A stretch of 64,000 bases of DNA from Eubacteriales bacterium (GCA_045636445.1 JAZTXO010000006.1:5077-69076); one strand, 5' to 3'; positions 9,311-18,890 are shown, counted from the first letter of the stretch. Numbers and translations are program-made. Notes: generated by a model from the letters alone, not told the origin.

Positions 9311-10972
9311 TTATGTTTCCTTATAATAAAGCTTTATGTTTGTAAAGAATAAAAATGACCTGTATACGAGTGCGAGCAGAGCAACTAAGGCGAATTTGAT
9401 ACATACGGCAGAGATGCTCTCCTTAAATAGAAGCAATAGCATCAGTGCGGATATTGCAAAAGATAAAGTAAATGCCATAGAGGAGGATTTTAATTCGTTT
9501 GGATCGTTTTCGTATTCTCCGACTGCAGCATATATTTCTGTATGGGGATGGATAATATCAAGTTCAGCACTATAAAATAGGTGAGAAATGTAAATGCAAA
9601 ACGCTCCTGCGATCAACGAAAGAGTATCTATAACTTCAAATCCGGAGAAGAAAATCATAGAAACTGCCGTTAATGTGAAGGAAATTGTGCAGAAAATAGT
9701 TGTGGGGATCAGCTTTGCCATAAGAAGCGAAGTGGGATTTTTAGGCTGAACCTTAATCAAATAAGCACTTCTTCCGTCACGCGAGAAAACGCTTGCAGCG
9801 TAGGAATTGGCATTCAAGGAAATAAGCAATATAATTAATATATTCGATGCGATTATCAGCTTGTTGCCGAATTCATCTGTGGGCATTGCTGCAAAAACAG
9901 TGTTTAATATAAAGATAAGCACCGGTGTTGCAACCATCAATCCAACGTTGTATGCAAGCTTTGAGGAATCCTTAAGCGTCTTTAAAATTTCGACGTGCAA
10001 AGCTGCTAAGCTGGATTTTCTTGCTTTATTGCGTTTCGGTTTTACCTTGGCCTTGAGATACTCGAAGGGCTTGCTTGCCATTGAATAGAACAGGGGATTA
10101 ACGATTGCAATGCTAAGCAATATCAGTGCGATCGACGAAGCAAGAAGCGTTGCGAATCTTAACAAGGTGGTGCCAACGGGGAAATCAAATATAATCGAGA
10201 AATCTGTGTATATTATTTCTCCGGTTAACATGCAGGTAAGATTGTGGAATATGGGAGAGCTTTCGGCAAACGCATTAAAGAAATCGAGCAAGGCGACTCT
10301 AAATTCCTTCCAGCCTTTTCTGAGGTCAAGCTCTTGCGGAATTGATGAAATAATGAAGAAGAGAGCAAGAACGGCAAGCGAGAAGCCCAATATAATAATG
10401 ATCGCTTGAAGAATTTTTCTCTGTCTGAATATATTCGCTATCCACATAGCCGGAATGGAAAGAAATGCTCCCAGTGCTACTGTAAGGATCGAAATGAAAA
10501 TAAAGCAGATGAATACCCAAGGATAAAACAACACCGGATGACCGTGTGCAATGAAATAACCAAGAAATATGGGAATGAAGAACATCAGGCTCTTTTTCAA
10601 TTCGTAAATGAAAAATACAATAAGCTTTGAGAGAAATACCTGCGTTGGGGTGCAGGGAAGGGTGAGCAGAATTACGTTATCCTTCGAGAAGTATATTGCC
10701 TTCGTAATTCTAATGGTGCAAGAAAAGGCAGATATACTGAACATTATGCAGAAAAGGAAAGCTATAAACGTGTTCGGAACAACAGATGATGCGAATACGG
10801 TGTATAACTTTGCAAAAAGGAAAAGCAACCAGCAAGCGGTGGTAGCAAAAGCAAACTTTAAAATCGTAAATAGCACTTGGCCTAAAATACGAATAACAGA
10901 ATTGCCGCTTTTGTTACGCTTGTTGAGCTTTTCATTAAGCTGCATTTTTACAAGTGTACTTATTGTATTCAT
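9311..10972 (-). CDS. Large multi-TM ABC permease-like protein (two-repeat)
   Basis: About 12-14 hydrophobic segments; repeated LLTLP..VFLSKL / IKVQP..LLMAKL motifs of ABC-2-type permeases; ATGA overlap with upstream ATPase gene. Confidence 0.75.
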   Translation of the reverse strand: MNTISTLVKMQLNEKLNKRNKSGNSVIRILGQVLFTILKFAFATTACWLLFLFAKLYTVFASSVVPNTFIAFLFCIMFSISAFSCTIRITKAIYFSKDNVILLTLPCTPTQVFLSKLIVFFIYELKKSLMFFIPIFLGYFIAHGHPVLFYPWVFICFIFISILTVALGAFLSIPAMWIANIFRQRKILQAIIIILGFSLAVLALFFIISSIPQELDLRKGWKEFRVALLDFFNAFAESSPIFHNLTCMLTGEIIYTDFSIIFDFPVGTTLLRFATLLASSIALILLSIAIVNPLFYSMASKPFEYLKAKVKPKRNKARKSSLAALHVEILKTLKDSSKLAYNVGLMVATPVLIFILNTVFAAMPTDEFGNKLIIASNILIILLISLNANSYAASVFSRDGRSAYLIKVQPKNPTSLLMAKLIPTTIFCTISFTLTAVSMIFFSGFEVIDTLSLIAGAFCIYISHLFYSAELDIIHPHTEIYAAVGEYENDPNELKSSSMAFTLSFAISALMLLLLFKESISAVCIKFALVALLALVYRSFLFFTNIKLYYKET

Positions 10973-13260
10973 ACCGGCTTTGCCTCAGCTTTTGTTGGGG
11001 TTGAGTCAATGTTTACATTTAATATATCGTCGCCGCCGATGTTGATTATTTCGTCTTTTTCATCGGCTGTAATAACGTGAAGATAAAGCTCTTCAAGGTC
11101 AATGTTCTGTGCGTCAAGCTCCGATACGGACGCAACTGCGCGAAGTTTGCCTTTCTTTATGATAGCGATTTTATCGCAGATTTTTTCCACAACGTCAATG
11201 ATGTGGGAAGAGAAGAAGACAATGTTGCCTTTTGCAGCGTGTTCTTTCATACACTCTTTTACTTCGAATATGCTATTCGGATCAAGTCCGGTAAGCGGTT
11301 CGTCCAAAATCCAAACCTTAGGATCGTGTACAAGCGCTGCCATTATGGCAATCTTCTGCTTCATACCGTGAGAGTAGGTTTTCATTTGGTTGTCAAAGGA
11401 ATGCGACAGCTGGAATCTTTGAACGTATTTTTCTATTGTTTCGTTTCTCTTTTCTTTGTCTACGTCGTAAAGATCGGCAATATAGTTAATATATTCGCGA
11501 CCGGTAAGATTTTCATAAAGAGCATAATGGTCGGGAACAAATCCTGTGTTAAGCTTCGCATGAATAGACTGACGCTCTACGTCGTATCCGCTTATTTCGA
11601 TACTTCCGGATGTAATTGTCTGAATACCGACTATGCTTTTTATAATGGTTGATTTTCCGGCTCCGTTAGGACCGAGGAAGCCGAAAATTTCGCCTCCCTT
11701 AACCTTGAATGAAACGTGGTCAACCGAATAATGTTTGTTTGTACCGTATTTTTTTGAAAACTCTCTAAGCACAAGCTTGGGAGAATCGTCACCGTAAAGA
11801 GGTACATCTGTGGATCTTGCACCGAGAAATTCTTTAAGCTCTTTTTTCATCATTTTATAATCTCTTTCTCTAAGTCTTCTGTCTTCGGCTTTATCCCACG
11901 TCGCGAAAAGCAGCTTGTAAGCAAACCACATAATTACTATCAAAAGCAGGTAGGATAAGAATACTACGTATTGATAAAACGGGTAAAAGACAAGGTTGAT
12001 ATTTCCAAGTCTTACTGTCAGGTCGATCGTTTTAAAGGTAGCGGAAAAATCGCCGAATATAGAGAGCAAATAGTTGCCATCAAAATTAAGATAATCGTTG
12101 TATAGCTCGTAGTTTACCATCCAGGTGTCAAGGACAAGAGTGAGGATGAAATAGATGGTGAATACGAGTATAGAACGGAACATTGCCGGGAAGTCCGGAC
12201 GCTTAAACACCTTAAGTGCGGTGCATAGAATCGGTACGGAGAATGCAAAGTATTGCTGTGTCCAAAAACGAACGCTTTCGGTTGAGGTGACGTCAACAGC
12301 TCCGTTTGCGGGGAAGAGTATGTTTGTGAATGCGGATAAAACTCCAAGGAATAAGCAGAAGTGGAAAATGCCGCGTCTGTTGGTTAAAAGTGCGATCGGA
12401 AGAAGTATAATTACCATTGAGCAAATATCCAAGGGGAATTTATACAAAGTGATCCAATCGGATAATTCAAAGTAGGAAAGGTAGGTAAAGCATACAGCGA
12501 TGGATAAGAAGATCATTCCAAAGCGTTTGGTATCCGAGCTTTTGTTTTTTAACAAATGGAAAATAATCAAAGGTATTATTACGGAGAAGTATAATACGAA
12601 ACGGTGAGGCTCGGAGAAATCGTTGAATTTGATTTCTGTAAAACGGAAGAAGCCGAGGAGAACCTGCGGTACGAAGGAAGGCATAACAGGTAAAATACAT
12701 GCTACCGTTGTACCTGCAATAGCTAATATTTCCAGAGCTTTTTTACGAGGTAATTTATCGCAAACAAGGTTTGTGAGGGATATTGCAAGACCAAGGCATA
12801 TTGATGCCGCTATAAATGGCATAAATATGGCTGACTGTGCGTAACCTGCGCTTTCTTGCAAACCTACGTTAGCAATGGCATAGGTCTTAAAGAATACGAT
12901 GTCCAAAAAGTATACGGGAATCGCAAAAAAACGTGTCGCATACTTAAGAGTGGCGTATTCGTAAAACTGAGAAAATGAAGTTATCAAGATTGCGGCATAG
13001 GTAAGCCATACAAGAATCGTAGCAAAGGCCGTCTGGTGCAAAATGTCACCAAAAGGAGACGGGCCACGGTTCAAACCTATAACTATTGAAATGGCTTCGT
13101 TGTGCAATAATGAAACTGAAAATGTCATTATTGCTAAAACAAGTGCCAAAGTTTTTTTAAGACGAGATATATTTCGAGCTTTTTTGTTTAAAAAATAAGC
13201 TGCGGTGCAAATAAGCAATGCCAATAGCACAATAACAATTCGGTAAATTGTATAATTCAT
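10969..13260 (-). CDS. Fusion of polytopic membrane domain (YwaF/TMEM164-like) and C-terminal ABC ATPase
   Basis: ATPase: GPNGAGKS, YSHGM, WILDEP, SSH; membrane part FSEPH, FPLDICS, LFP, FWTQQ; start at ATG 13260 after gaggt. Confidence 0.75.
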   Translation of the reverse strand: MNYTIYRIVIVLLALLICTAAYFLNKKARNISRLKKTLALVLAIMTFSVSLLHNEAISIVIGLNRGPSPFGDILHQTAFATILVWLTYAAILITSFSQFYEYATLKYATRFFAIPVYFLDIVFFKTYAIANVGLQESAGYAQSAIFMPFIAASICLGLAISLTNLVCDKLPRKKALEILAIAGTTVACILPVMPSFVPQVLLGFFRFTEIKFNDFSEPHRFVLYFSVIIPLIIFHLLKNKSSDTKRFGMIFLSIAVCFTYLSYFELSDWITLYKFPLDICSMVIILLPIALLTNRRGIFHFCLFLGVLSAFTNILFPANGAVDVTSTESVRFWTQQYFAFSVPILCTALKVFKRPDFPAMFRSILVFTIYFILTLVLDTWMVNYELYNDYLNFDGNYLLSIFGDFSATFKTIDLTVRLGNINLVFYPFYQYVVFLSYLLLIVIMWFAYKLLFATWDKAEDRRLRERDYKMMKKELKEFLGARSTDVPLYGDDSPKLVLREFSKKYGTNKHYSVDHVSFKVKGGEIFGFLGPNGAGKSTIIKSIVGIQTITSGSIEISGYDVERQSIHAKLNTGFVPDHYALYENLTGREYINYIADLYDVDKEKRNETIEKYVQRFQLSHSFDNQMKTYSHGMKQKIAIMAALVHDPKVWILDEPLTGLDPNSIFEVKECMKEHAAKGNIVFFSSHIIDVVEKICDKIAIIKKGKLRAVASVSELDAQNIDLEELYLHVITADEKDEIINIGGDDILNVNIDSTPTKAEAKPV

Positions 13261-13297
13261 AAAGACCTCGTACAAATAAAAATAAGTATACAAAGAT

Positions 13298-13326
13298 ATT
13301 ATATATTATTTTAATATAAAAGTCAA
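13298..13326 (-). promoter_or_regulatory. SigA promoter of the ABC/lipoprotein operon
   Basis: TTGACT-N17-TATAAT on minus strand, about 40 nt upstream of the ATG. Confidence 0.75.
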
Positions 13327-13440
13327 CCGGTTCGTCAAATATTAAACGACTAAATTTTATCCTTTTTTTCAAAAAAAATCAATGTTTTTGTTTTTATATG
13401 AATAAATTGAAAAATAGTTGCGTGTTCGACGAAAAAACTA

Positions 13441-13469
13441 TTGATTTTTCTAAAGTATTATGCTATAAT
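13441..13469 (+). promoter_or_regulatory. SigA promoter of SAM riboswitch-metK
   Basis: TTGATT-N17-TATAAT with extended TG. Confidence 0.75.
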
Positions 13470-13478
13470 AAAACAAAA

Positions 13479-13562
13479 AGCTTATCAAGAGTGGTGGAGG
13501 GACTGGCCCTGAGAAACCCGGCAACCTGTTTATACAAGGTGCCAATTCCTGAGAGATGAGTT
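13479..13562 (+). ncRNA. SAM-I (S-box) riboswitch
   Basis: CTTATCAAGAG..GGAGGGACTGGCCC..GGCAACC..GGTGCCAATTCC..GATGAG, upstream of metK. Confidence 0.95.
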
Positions 13563-13563
13563 G

Positions 13564-13602
13564 ATGGGACGCTCGGGATTTGGACGAGCGCCATTTTTGT
13601 TT
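13564..13602 (+). terminator. Riboswitch expression-platform terminator
   Basis: atgg..cgctcg / cgagcg ccat hairpin followed by tttttgttt. Confidence 0.65.
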
Positions 13603-13628
13603 ATGCGTAATGTTTGGAGGAATAATTA

Positions 13629-14810
13629 ATGAAAAAAATTCTTTTCACATCCGAGTCGGTTACAGAAGGCCATCCCGACAAAATTTGTGACAAAATTTCC
13701 GATGCGGTTCTTGATGCAATGCTTGCGGAAGATCCTGAGAGCCGTGTTGCGTGCGAGACCTTTGCAACTACTGGTATTATCACTGTTATGGGTGAGATAA
13801 CGACAAAATCAAAGGTTGATGTTCAAAAGATCGTTAGAGATACGGTTGCAGAGATCGGTTATGATCGAGCAAAATACGGCTTTGATGCAACTACTTGCGC
13901 TGTGATCAGCTCAATTCACGAGCAGAGTGCTGATATAGCTCTCGGCGTTGATAAATGCCTTGAAGCTAAAGAGGGAGACATCAAAGACGAGCTTGATACC
14001 GGTGCAGGCGATCAGGGCCTTATGTTTGGTTATGCTTGCGATGAAACACCGGAGCTTATGCCTTTGCCTATTTCACTGGCTCACAAACTTGCAAGAAGAC
14101 TTACAGATGTTCGTAAAGACGGAACGCTGTCCTACCTGCGTCCCGACGGAAAAACTCAGGTTACGATTGAGTATGTTGACGGCAAGCCTTCAAGAATAGA
14201 TACGATAGTTGTTTCTTCACAGCACAGTCCTGAAATTGATATGCAAACAATGAGAAAGGACATCATTGATAAGGTAATTCTTCCCATAGTTCCCAAGGAA
14301 TTGATGGACGGAAAGGTTAATATATTTGTTAACCCCACCGGAAGATTTGTAATCGGAGGACCTCAGGGTGACACCGGTTTGACCGGCAGAAAAATTATTG
14401 TTGATACATACGGTGGATATTCTCGTCACGGAGGCGGAGCTTTTTCCGGAAAAGATCCTACAAAGGTAGACCGCAGTGCGTCTTATGCTGCAAGATATAT
14501 TGCAAAGAATGTTGTTAAAGCTGGTCTTGCAACTAAATGTGAGGTTCAAATAGCTTATGCAATAGGCGTTGCTCGTCCTGTTTCTGTAATGATTGATACT
14601 TTCGGAACATCAATCGTTTCCGAGGAAAAGATTTCCGAGGCGGTGGGTAAGCTTGTTGACCTTCGTCCTGCTGCTATTATTAAAAAGTTCGAACTCAGAA
14701 AGCCTATCTATAAGCAGCTTGCTGCATATGGACATATGGGAAGAGAAGAACTTGGCGTTAAGTGGGAAGTATGCGATATAGCTGACGAGCTTAAAGCACT
14801 CTGCTTATAA
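13629..14810 (+). CDS. metK: S-adenosylmethionine synthetase
   Basis: [28 protein letters not shown]. Confidence 0.98.
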   Translation: MKKILFTSESVTEGHPDKICDKISDAVLDAMLAEDPESRVACETFATTGIITVMGEITTKSKVDVQKIVRDTVAEIGYDRAKYGFDATTCAVISSIHEQSADIALGVDKCLEAKEGDIKDELDTGAGDQGLMFGYACDETPELMPLPISLAHKLARRLTDVRKDGTLSYLRPDGKTQVTIEYVDGKPSRIDTIVVSSQHSPEIDMQTMRKDIIDKVILPIVPKELMDGKVNIFVNPTGRFVIGGPQGDTGLTGRKIIVDTYGGYSRHGGGAFSGKDPTKVDRSASYAARYIAKNVVKAGLATKCEVQIAYAIGVARPVSVMIDTFGTSIVSEEKISEAVGKLVDLRPAAIIKKFELRKPIYKQLAAYGHMGREELGVKWEVCDIADELKALCL

Positions 14811-14819
14811 TTATGTCCG

Positions 14820-14855
14820 AAAAAATGCGTTGGTGAATTCACGACGCATTTTTTT
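14820..14855 (+). terminator. Terminator after metK
   Basis: aaaaatgcgttg / cgacgcattttttt. Confidence 0.75.
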
Positions 14856-14896
14856 CATTTTTGCTAATTTTGTTTTTCGTTGTGCTTTGAAACTAC

Positions 14897-14925
14897 TTGA
14901 AATATTGTTGTGAAAATGGTATAAT
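14897..14925 (+). promoter_or_regulatory. SigA promoter of recD2
   Basis: TTGAAA-N17-TATAAT with extended TG. Confidence 0.7.
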
Positions 14926-14976
14926 ATAATGGAATTTGATCGACGTTGTATGGGCGGTCGGAAAGTGGGAGGAAGT

Positions 14977-17184
14977 ATGGATTCCTACGATAAAATTGAA
15001 GAAATTGACGGTACAATAGAAAATATAATATATCACAACGAATCGAACGATTATACTGTTATGGAAATATCGCATAACGAAACTCTTATAACGGCGGTTG
15101 GTAATATACCGATGGCTTTTGAGGGGGAAGAGGTTCTTCTGAGAGGGAGCTTTGTTTATCACAAAGAATTTGGCAAACAATTTTCCTTTAGTTCGTTTGA
15201 GAAGAGACTCCCGGAAGACGTTGAGGGAATCTTACAGTATTTATCTTCAAGAACGGTCAAGGGCATAGGTCCTGTTACGGCATTAAAAATTGTAAACCGA
15301 TTTGGTGTTGATAGCTTTGATGTAATTGAAAACCATTCCGAGTGGCTTGTGGATATTCCCGGTATTACGATGAAAAAAGCGGCTGTTATCTCGGATTCAT
15401 TCCGAGAGCAATCGGGAATGCGAAATCTCTTGATGTTTTGCAAGGAATATATCGGAACGAATGACGCTTCGAAAATCTATAAAAAATTAGGCGCTGAAGC
15501 GGTAGGTATGCTCAAAACAAATCCGTATATTCTTTGTGATGATGAATTTGGTATTGCCTTTGAAAAGGCGGATCAATTAGCAAAATCTCTTGGGCGTGAG
15601 ATAGATTCACCCATAAGAATTTTGTGCGGTGTGAAATATTTGCTTTACCGTGCCGGTTCAAATGCAGGTCACACTTGTATGCCATTGGATATGCTTTTGG
15701 GCGAGGCAAGAGAACTGCTTGGACTTGATGAAGTAAGATTGGCAAATCAGGTAAATGACTTGATCGAGGAAGATGAACTTGCTTTGGAAGAGGTTGGCGG
15801 TGAAAAGTTGATTATGACCAACGAAACCCGAGACAATGAAATCTATATAGCGAACCGCCTTTACAAGATGTCTAAAGAGACTACAATGTTTGTTACATCG
15901 GATATAAGCTCTCTGGTTGAAATGGTGGAGCAGGAATTAAACATCTGCTTTGCGTCTCTTCAAAGAGAAGCGCTCTTTTCCGCTTTGGAAAACGGTGTAA
16001 TGATACTTACCGGTGGACCCGGTACGGGAAAAACAACGATTATAAAGGCTCTTATTGCGATTTTCGATTCTTTGAGGATGAAGACCGTTTTAGCAGCTCC
16101 TACCGGACGCGCAGCTAAAAGAATGAGTGAATCTACGTCTCACGAAGCCAAAACCGTGCACAGAATGCTTGAGATGGAAAGAACGCAGGAAGGCGATATT
16201 AAATTTGGCAGAAATGAACGTGCGCCACTCAACGAATCTGTTGTCATAATAGATGAAGCTTCTATGCTCGATTTGTCCTTGATGGCATCGTTGATGCGCG
16301 CTTTGAAGCGAGGCGCAAGACTTATTTTGATCGGAGATGCCGATCAGCTCCCGAGTGTTGGAGCTGGAAATGTATTCGCTGATTTGATAAACAGCGAGAG
16401 GATAAAAACGGTTCGGCTTACCGAAATATTCAGACAATCGAAGGAAAGCCTGATTGTTACAAATGCTCACAGAATAAATGCGGGCGATTCACCGATTTTA
16501 TCGAAAACCGACAGCGACTTTTTCTTTGTCAGAAGAGAAAATGAAAAAGATATTTCGGATACGATAGCGTCTCTTGTAACCGAAAGGCTTCCTAAAACAT
16601 ATGGTAAAAATATACGTGAACAAATTCAGGTTATAACTCCTTCTCGTAAGGGAGTAGGCGGAGTAGACAGTCTTAATGTTGTGCTTCAAGAGCATATAAA
16701 TCCTCCGATGAAATTCAAGAAGGAAAAAACCGCGCATAATACTCTTTTCCGTGAGGGAGATCGTGTTATGCAGATCGCTAACAACTATGATATAGAATGG
16801 GAAAAGGGCGGTATCGAAGGAGTTGGTCTGTTTAACGGCGATATAGGCGTTATAATGTCGATTGATTTTTCAAAGGAAGTTATGCATATTAACTTTGATG
16901 AAAAGATTGTGGAGTATTCTTTCGATAATCTTGATGAGCTTGAGCTGTCGTACGCTATAACGGTTCATAAGAGTCAGGGAAGTGAATATCCCGTGGTCAT
17001 TATTCCGATGTATTATTGCGCCCCAATGCTAATGACTAGAAATTTGTTCTACACCGGAATTACAAGGGCAAAGAAAATGGTAATTCTTGTAGGTAGAAGC
17101 GACATTCCTTTAAAAATGGTTGAGAATAACAGTGAAATTTTGAGATATACCACATTAAAGCAAAAAATAATTGAATATTATTGA
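14977..17184 (+). CDS. recD2: ATP-dependent RecD2 helicase
   Basis: N-terminal OB/HhH region (VKGIGP), GGPGTGKT, APTGRAA, IIDEASM, GDADQLPSVG, YAITVHKSQGSE; start after ggagg. Confidence 0.93.
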   Translation: MDSYDKIEEIDGTIENIIYHNESNDYTVMEISHNETLITAVGNIPMAFEGEEVLLRGSFVYHKEFGKQFSFSSFEKRLPEDVEGILQYLSSRTVKGIGPVTALKIVNRFGVDSFDVIENHSEWLVDIPGITMKKAAVISDSFREQSGMRNLLMFCKEYIGTNDASKIYKKLGAEAVGMLKTNPYILCDDEFGIAFEKADQLAKSLGREIDSPIRILCGVKYLLYRAGSNAGHTCMPLDMLLGEARELLGLDEVRLANQVNDLIEEDELALEEVGGEKLIMTNETRDNEIYIANRLYKMSKETTMFVTSDISSLVEMVEQELNICFASLQREALFSALENGVMILTGGPGTGKTTIIKALIAIFDSLRMKTVLAAPTGRAAKRMSESTSHEAKTVHRMLEMERTQEGDIKFGRNERAPLNESVVIIDEASMLDLSLMASLMRALKRGARLILIGDADQLPSVGAGNVFADLINSERIKTVRLTEIFRQSKESLIVTNAHRINAGDSPILSKTDSDFFFVRRENEKDISDTIASLVTERLPKTYGKNIREQIQVITPSRKGVGGVDSLNVVLQEHINPPMKFKKEKTAHNTLFREGDRVMQIANNYDIEWEKGGIEGVGLFNGDIGVIMSIDFSKEVMHINFDEKIVEYSFDNLDELELSYAITVHKSQGSEYPVVIIPMYYCAPMLMTRNLFYTGITRAKKMVILVGRSDIPLKMVENNSEILRYTTLKQKIIEYY

Positions 17185-17203
17185 TTTTAATTTTAAAAGA
17201 CAC

Positions 17204-17232
17204 TTGAATTTTTTGCGTAAATGTAGTATAAT
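17204..17232 (+). promoter_or_regulatory. SigA promoter of mreB-like gene
   Basis: TTGAAT-N17-TATAAT. Confidence 0.7.
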
Positions 17233-17283
17233 GTATTTTGTATCGAAATATATATACGAAAAAAATGAAAGGAGCAGGGCTTT

Positions 17284-18306
17284 ATGGTGACTAAAATCGG
17301 TCTCGATTTAGGTTATGCTAATATAACTCTTAGCGATAGCTCTTCGGTAGTTTATCGAGAACCGTCTATCGCACTGATTGATAAAGAATCTCGTCGAATT
17401 GTCGCCGTAGGTGATTCTGCTTCTGAATTGTTTGACGGCAGCGATAAGAACGTTTTGGTAAGACCGTTCAAAAACGGCTTACTATTTGATCACAAAATAA
17501 CGCAAAGCGTAATTTCAAATGCACTTCGCTCTGTTGTTTCTAAAGACCGCATAAGATGCATCGTGGGAATTCCTGCTAACTTTACAGCTAAAGATGAAAA
17601 AGAGCTTTTTGCAATGATTAATTACACCGGAGTTAATGATTGTTATGCAGTCAATCGTGCTGTAGCTGCTTTAATAGGTGCGGGATATACACCAAAGATG
17701 AGCGTTATTTCTGTTAACGTTGGAGCATCGAAAACCGAGATTGCTGTGTTGAATGATGGCGAAATTATGCAATCGGTTACGCTGGATGTCGGCGGGGAAG
17801 AATTTGACAAGGTTGTTAAACAGTATATCTTTGAACAAGGAGACGTTAATGTCTCACTCTCGGTTGCAAGAGTAATAAAAGAAAAGCTCGGCTCGGTATG
17901 GGCGGGTAAAGAAGACGAGAGCATTGAAATTGAGGGTGTGCTTTCTTTGACCGGTAACAAGGTTAAAATGACAGTTTCTACCGAAGATATTGTAGGCGTC
18001 TTTGAAAAACCGCTTTACGATTTGTTGCGTGGAATTGCAGAGGTTATAAAAAAGATCCCTCTTGATTGCGTTGAAAAAACCTTTGAAAACGGAATAGTGC
18101 TTACAGGAGGCGGTTCGTTGATATACGGTCTTGATATGATGATGAATAAGGTTTTGGATATTCCCGTTACTATGCCGCGTGATGCGATTGATTGCGTTGC
18201 GAAGGGGTTGTCGAGAATAAATAATTTTATTCCCGTTAAGGGCAGGGCATCGTGTAAAAACATTACGTCCCGAATTTCAAAGTATTACGAAGAAGCAAAA
18301 GTTTAA
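17284..18306 (+). CDS. Divergent MreB/Mbl-family actin-like protein
   Basis: IGLDLGYAN, REPSI, RPFKNG, AALIGAG, VGGEEFD, GIVLTGGG, CVAKG; several nucleotide-binding residues altered. Confidence 0.82.
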   Translation: MVTKIGLDLGYANITLSDSSSVVYREPSIALIDKESRRIVAVGDSASELFDGSDKNVLVRPFKNGLLFDHKITQSVISNALRSVVSKDRIRCIVGIPANFTAKDEKELFAMINYTGVNDCYAVNRAVAALIGAGYTPKMSVISVNVGASKTEIAVLNDGEIMQSVTLDVGGEEFDKVVKQYIFEQGDVNVSLSVARVIKEKLGSVWAGKEDESIEIEGVLSLTGNKVKMTVSTEDIVGVFEKPLYDLLRGIAEVIKKIPLDCVEKTFENGIVLTGGGSLIYGLDMMMNKVLDIPVTMPRDAIDCVAKGLSRINNFIPVKGRASCKNITSRISKYYEEAKV

Positions 18307-18325
18307 AATAAATGCGAGGATAAAA

Positions 18326-18451
18326 ATGAAAAAGGATTATCAGAAAAAGACACCTACATACGCAAAGGTTATTGCTGCTATACTTGTAGGAATTATGGCT
18401 TTTACTGCAGTGTCTGCAGTGCTTATGGTGCTTTTACAGCACACACATTAA
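18326..18451 (+). CDS. Small 41-aa single-TM membrane protein (not in ORF track)
   Basis: RBS gagga, MKKDYQKKTPTYAKVIAAILVGIMAFTAVSAVLMVLLQHTH*, directly followed by a terminator. Confidence 0.7.
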   Translation: MKKDYQKKTPTYAKVIAAILVGIMAFTAVSAVLMVLLQHTH

Positions 18452-18486
18452 AAAAAGATGCCGCGAAAAGCGGCTTCTTTTTTTTG
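18450..18486 (+). terminator. Terminator of mreB-like/small protein operon
   Basis: aaga tgccgc gaaaa gcggc ttcttttttttg. Confidence 0.8.
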
Positions 18487-18890
18487 TCAAAAAAACAAGC
18501 GGAAAAAACAAAAGTATAAAATTCCGTCATTGGGTTTTAGTGCCATAAGAAAAAAAACGAAGTGTATGATTGTGATGTAAAAGCAATCATTCTGTGTTAT
18601 TTATGAAAAAAACGGATAAAATATGATAGTTGCATATGTCATATTGCGGAATATTATAGTTTTTGTCGTTAAGTTTTCCACATTTGTTATGCCCGAAAAA
18701 ACACAATCAACATTTGTCAACAAGAAAAACACTCCAATACGGAATAATATACTGCTATGAAAATGGGTGTTTTCGACATCGAATAGTTTGTGTTTTATTC
18801 AATCCCTCAAATAAAAAAAGTTTCCGCTTAATCGTGTGCAATATGGCTGATGCTGGTTGTTTTTTTTGAGCCTTGGCGACACTTGCAAAC

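Noticed and set aside
18663-18869. 68-aa ORF in orphan intergenic region
   Set aside because: TTG start with no RBS and no recognisable protein features
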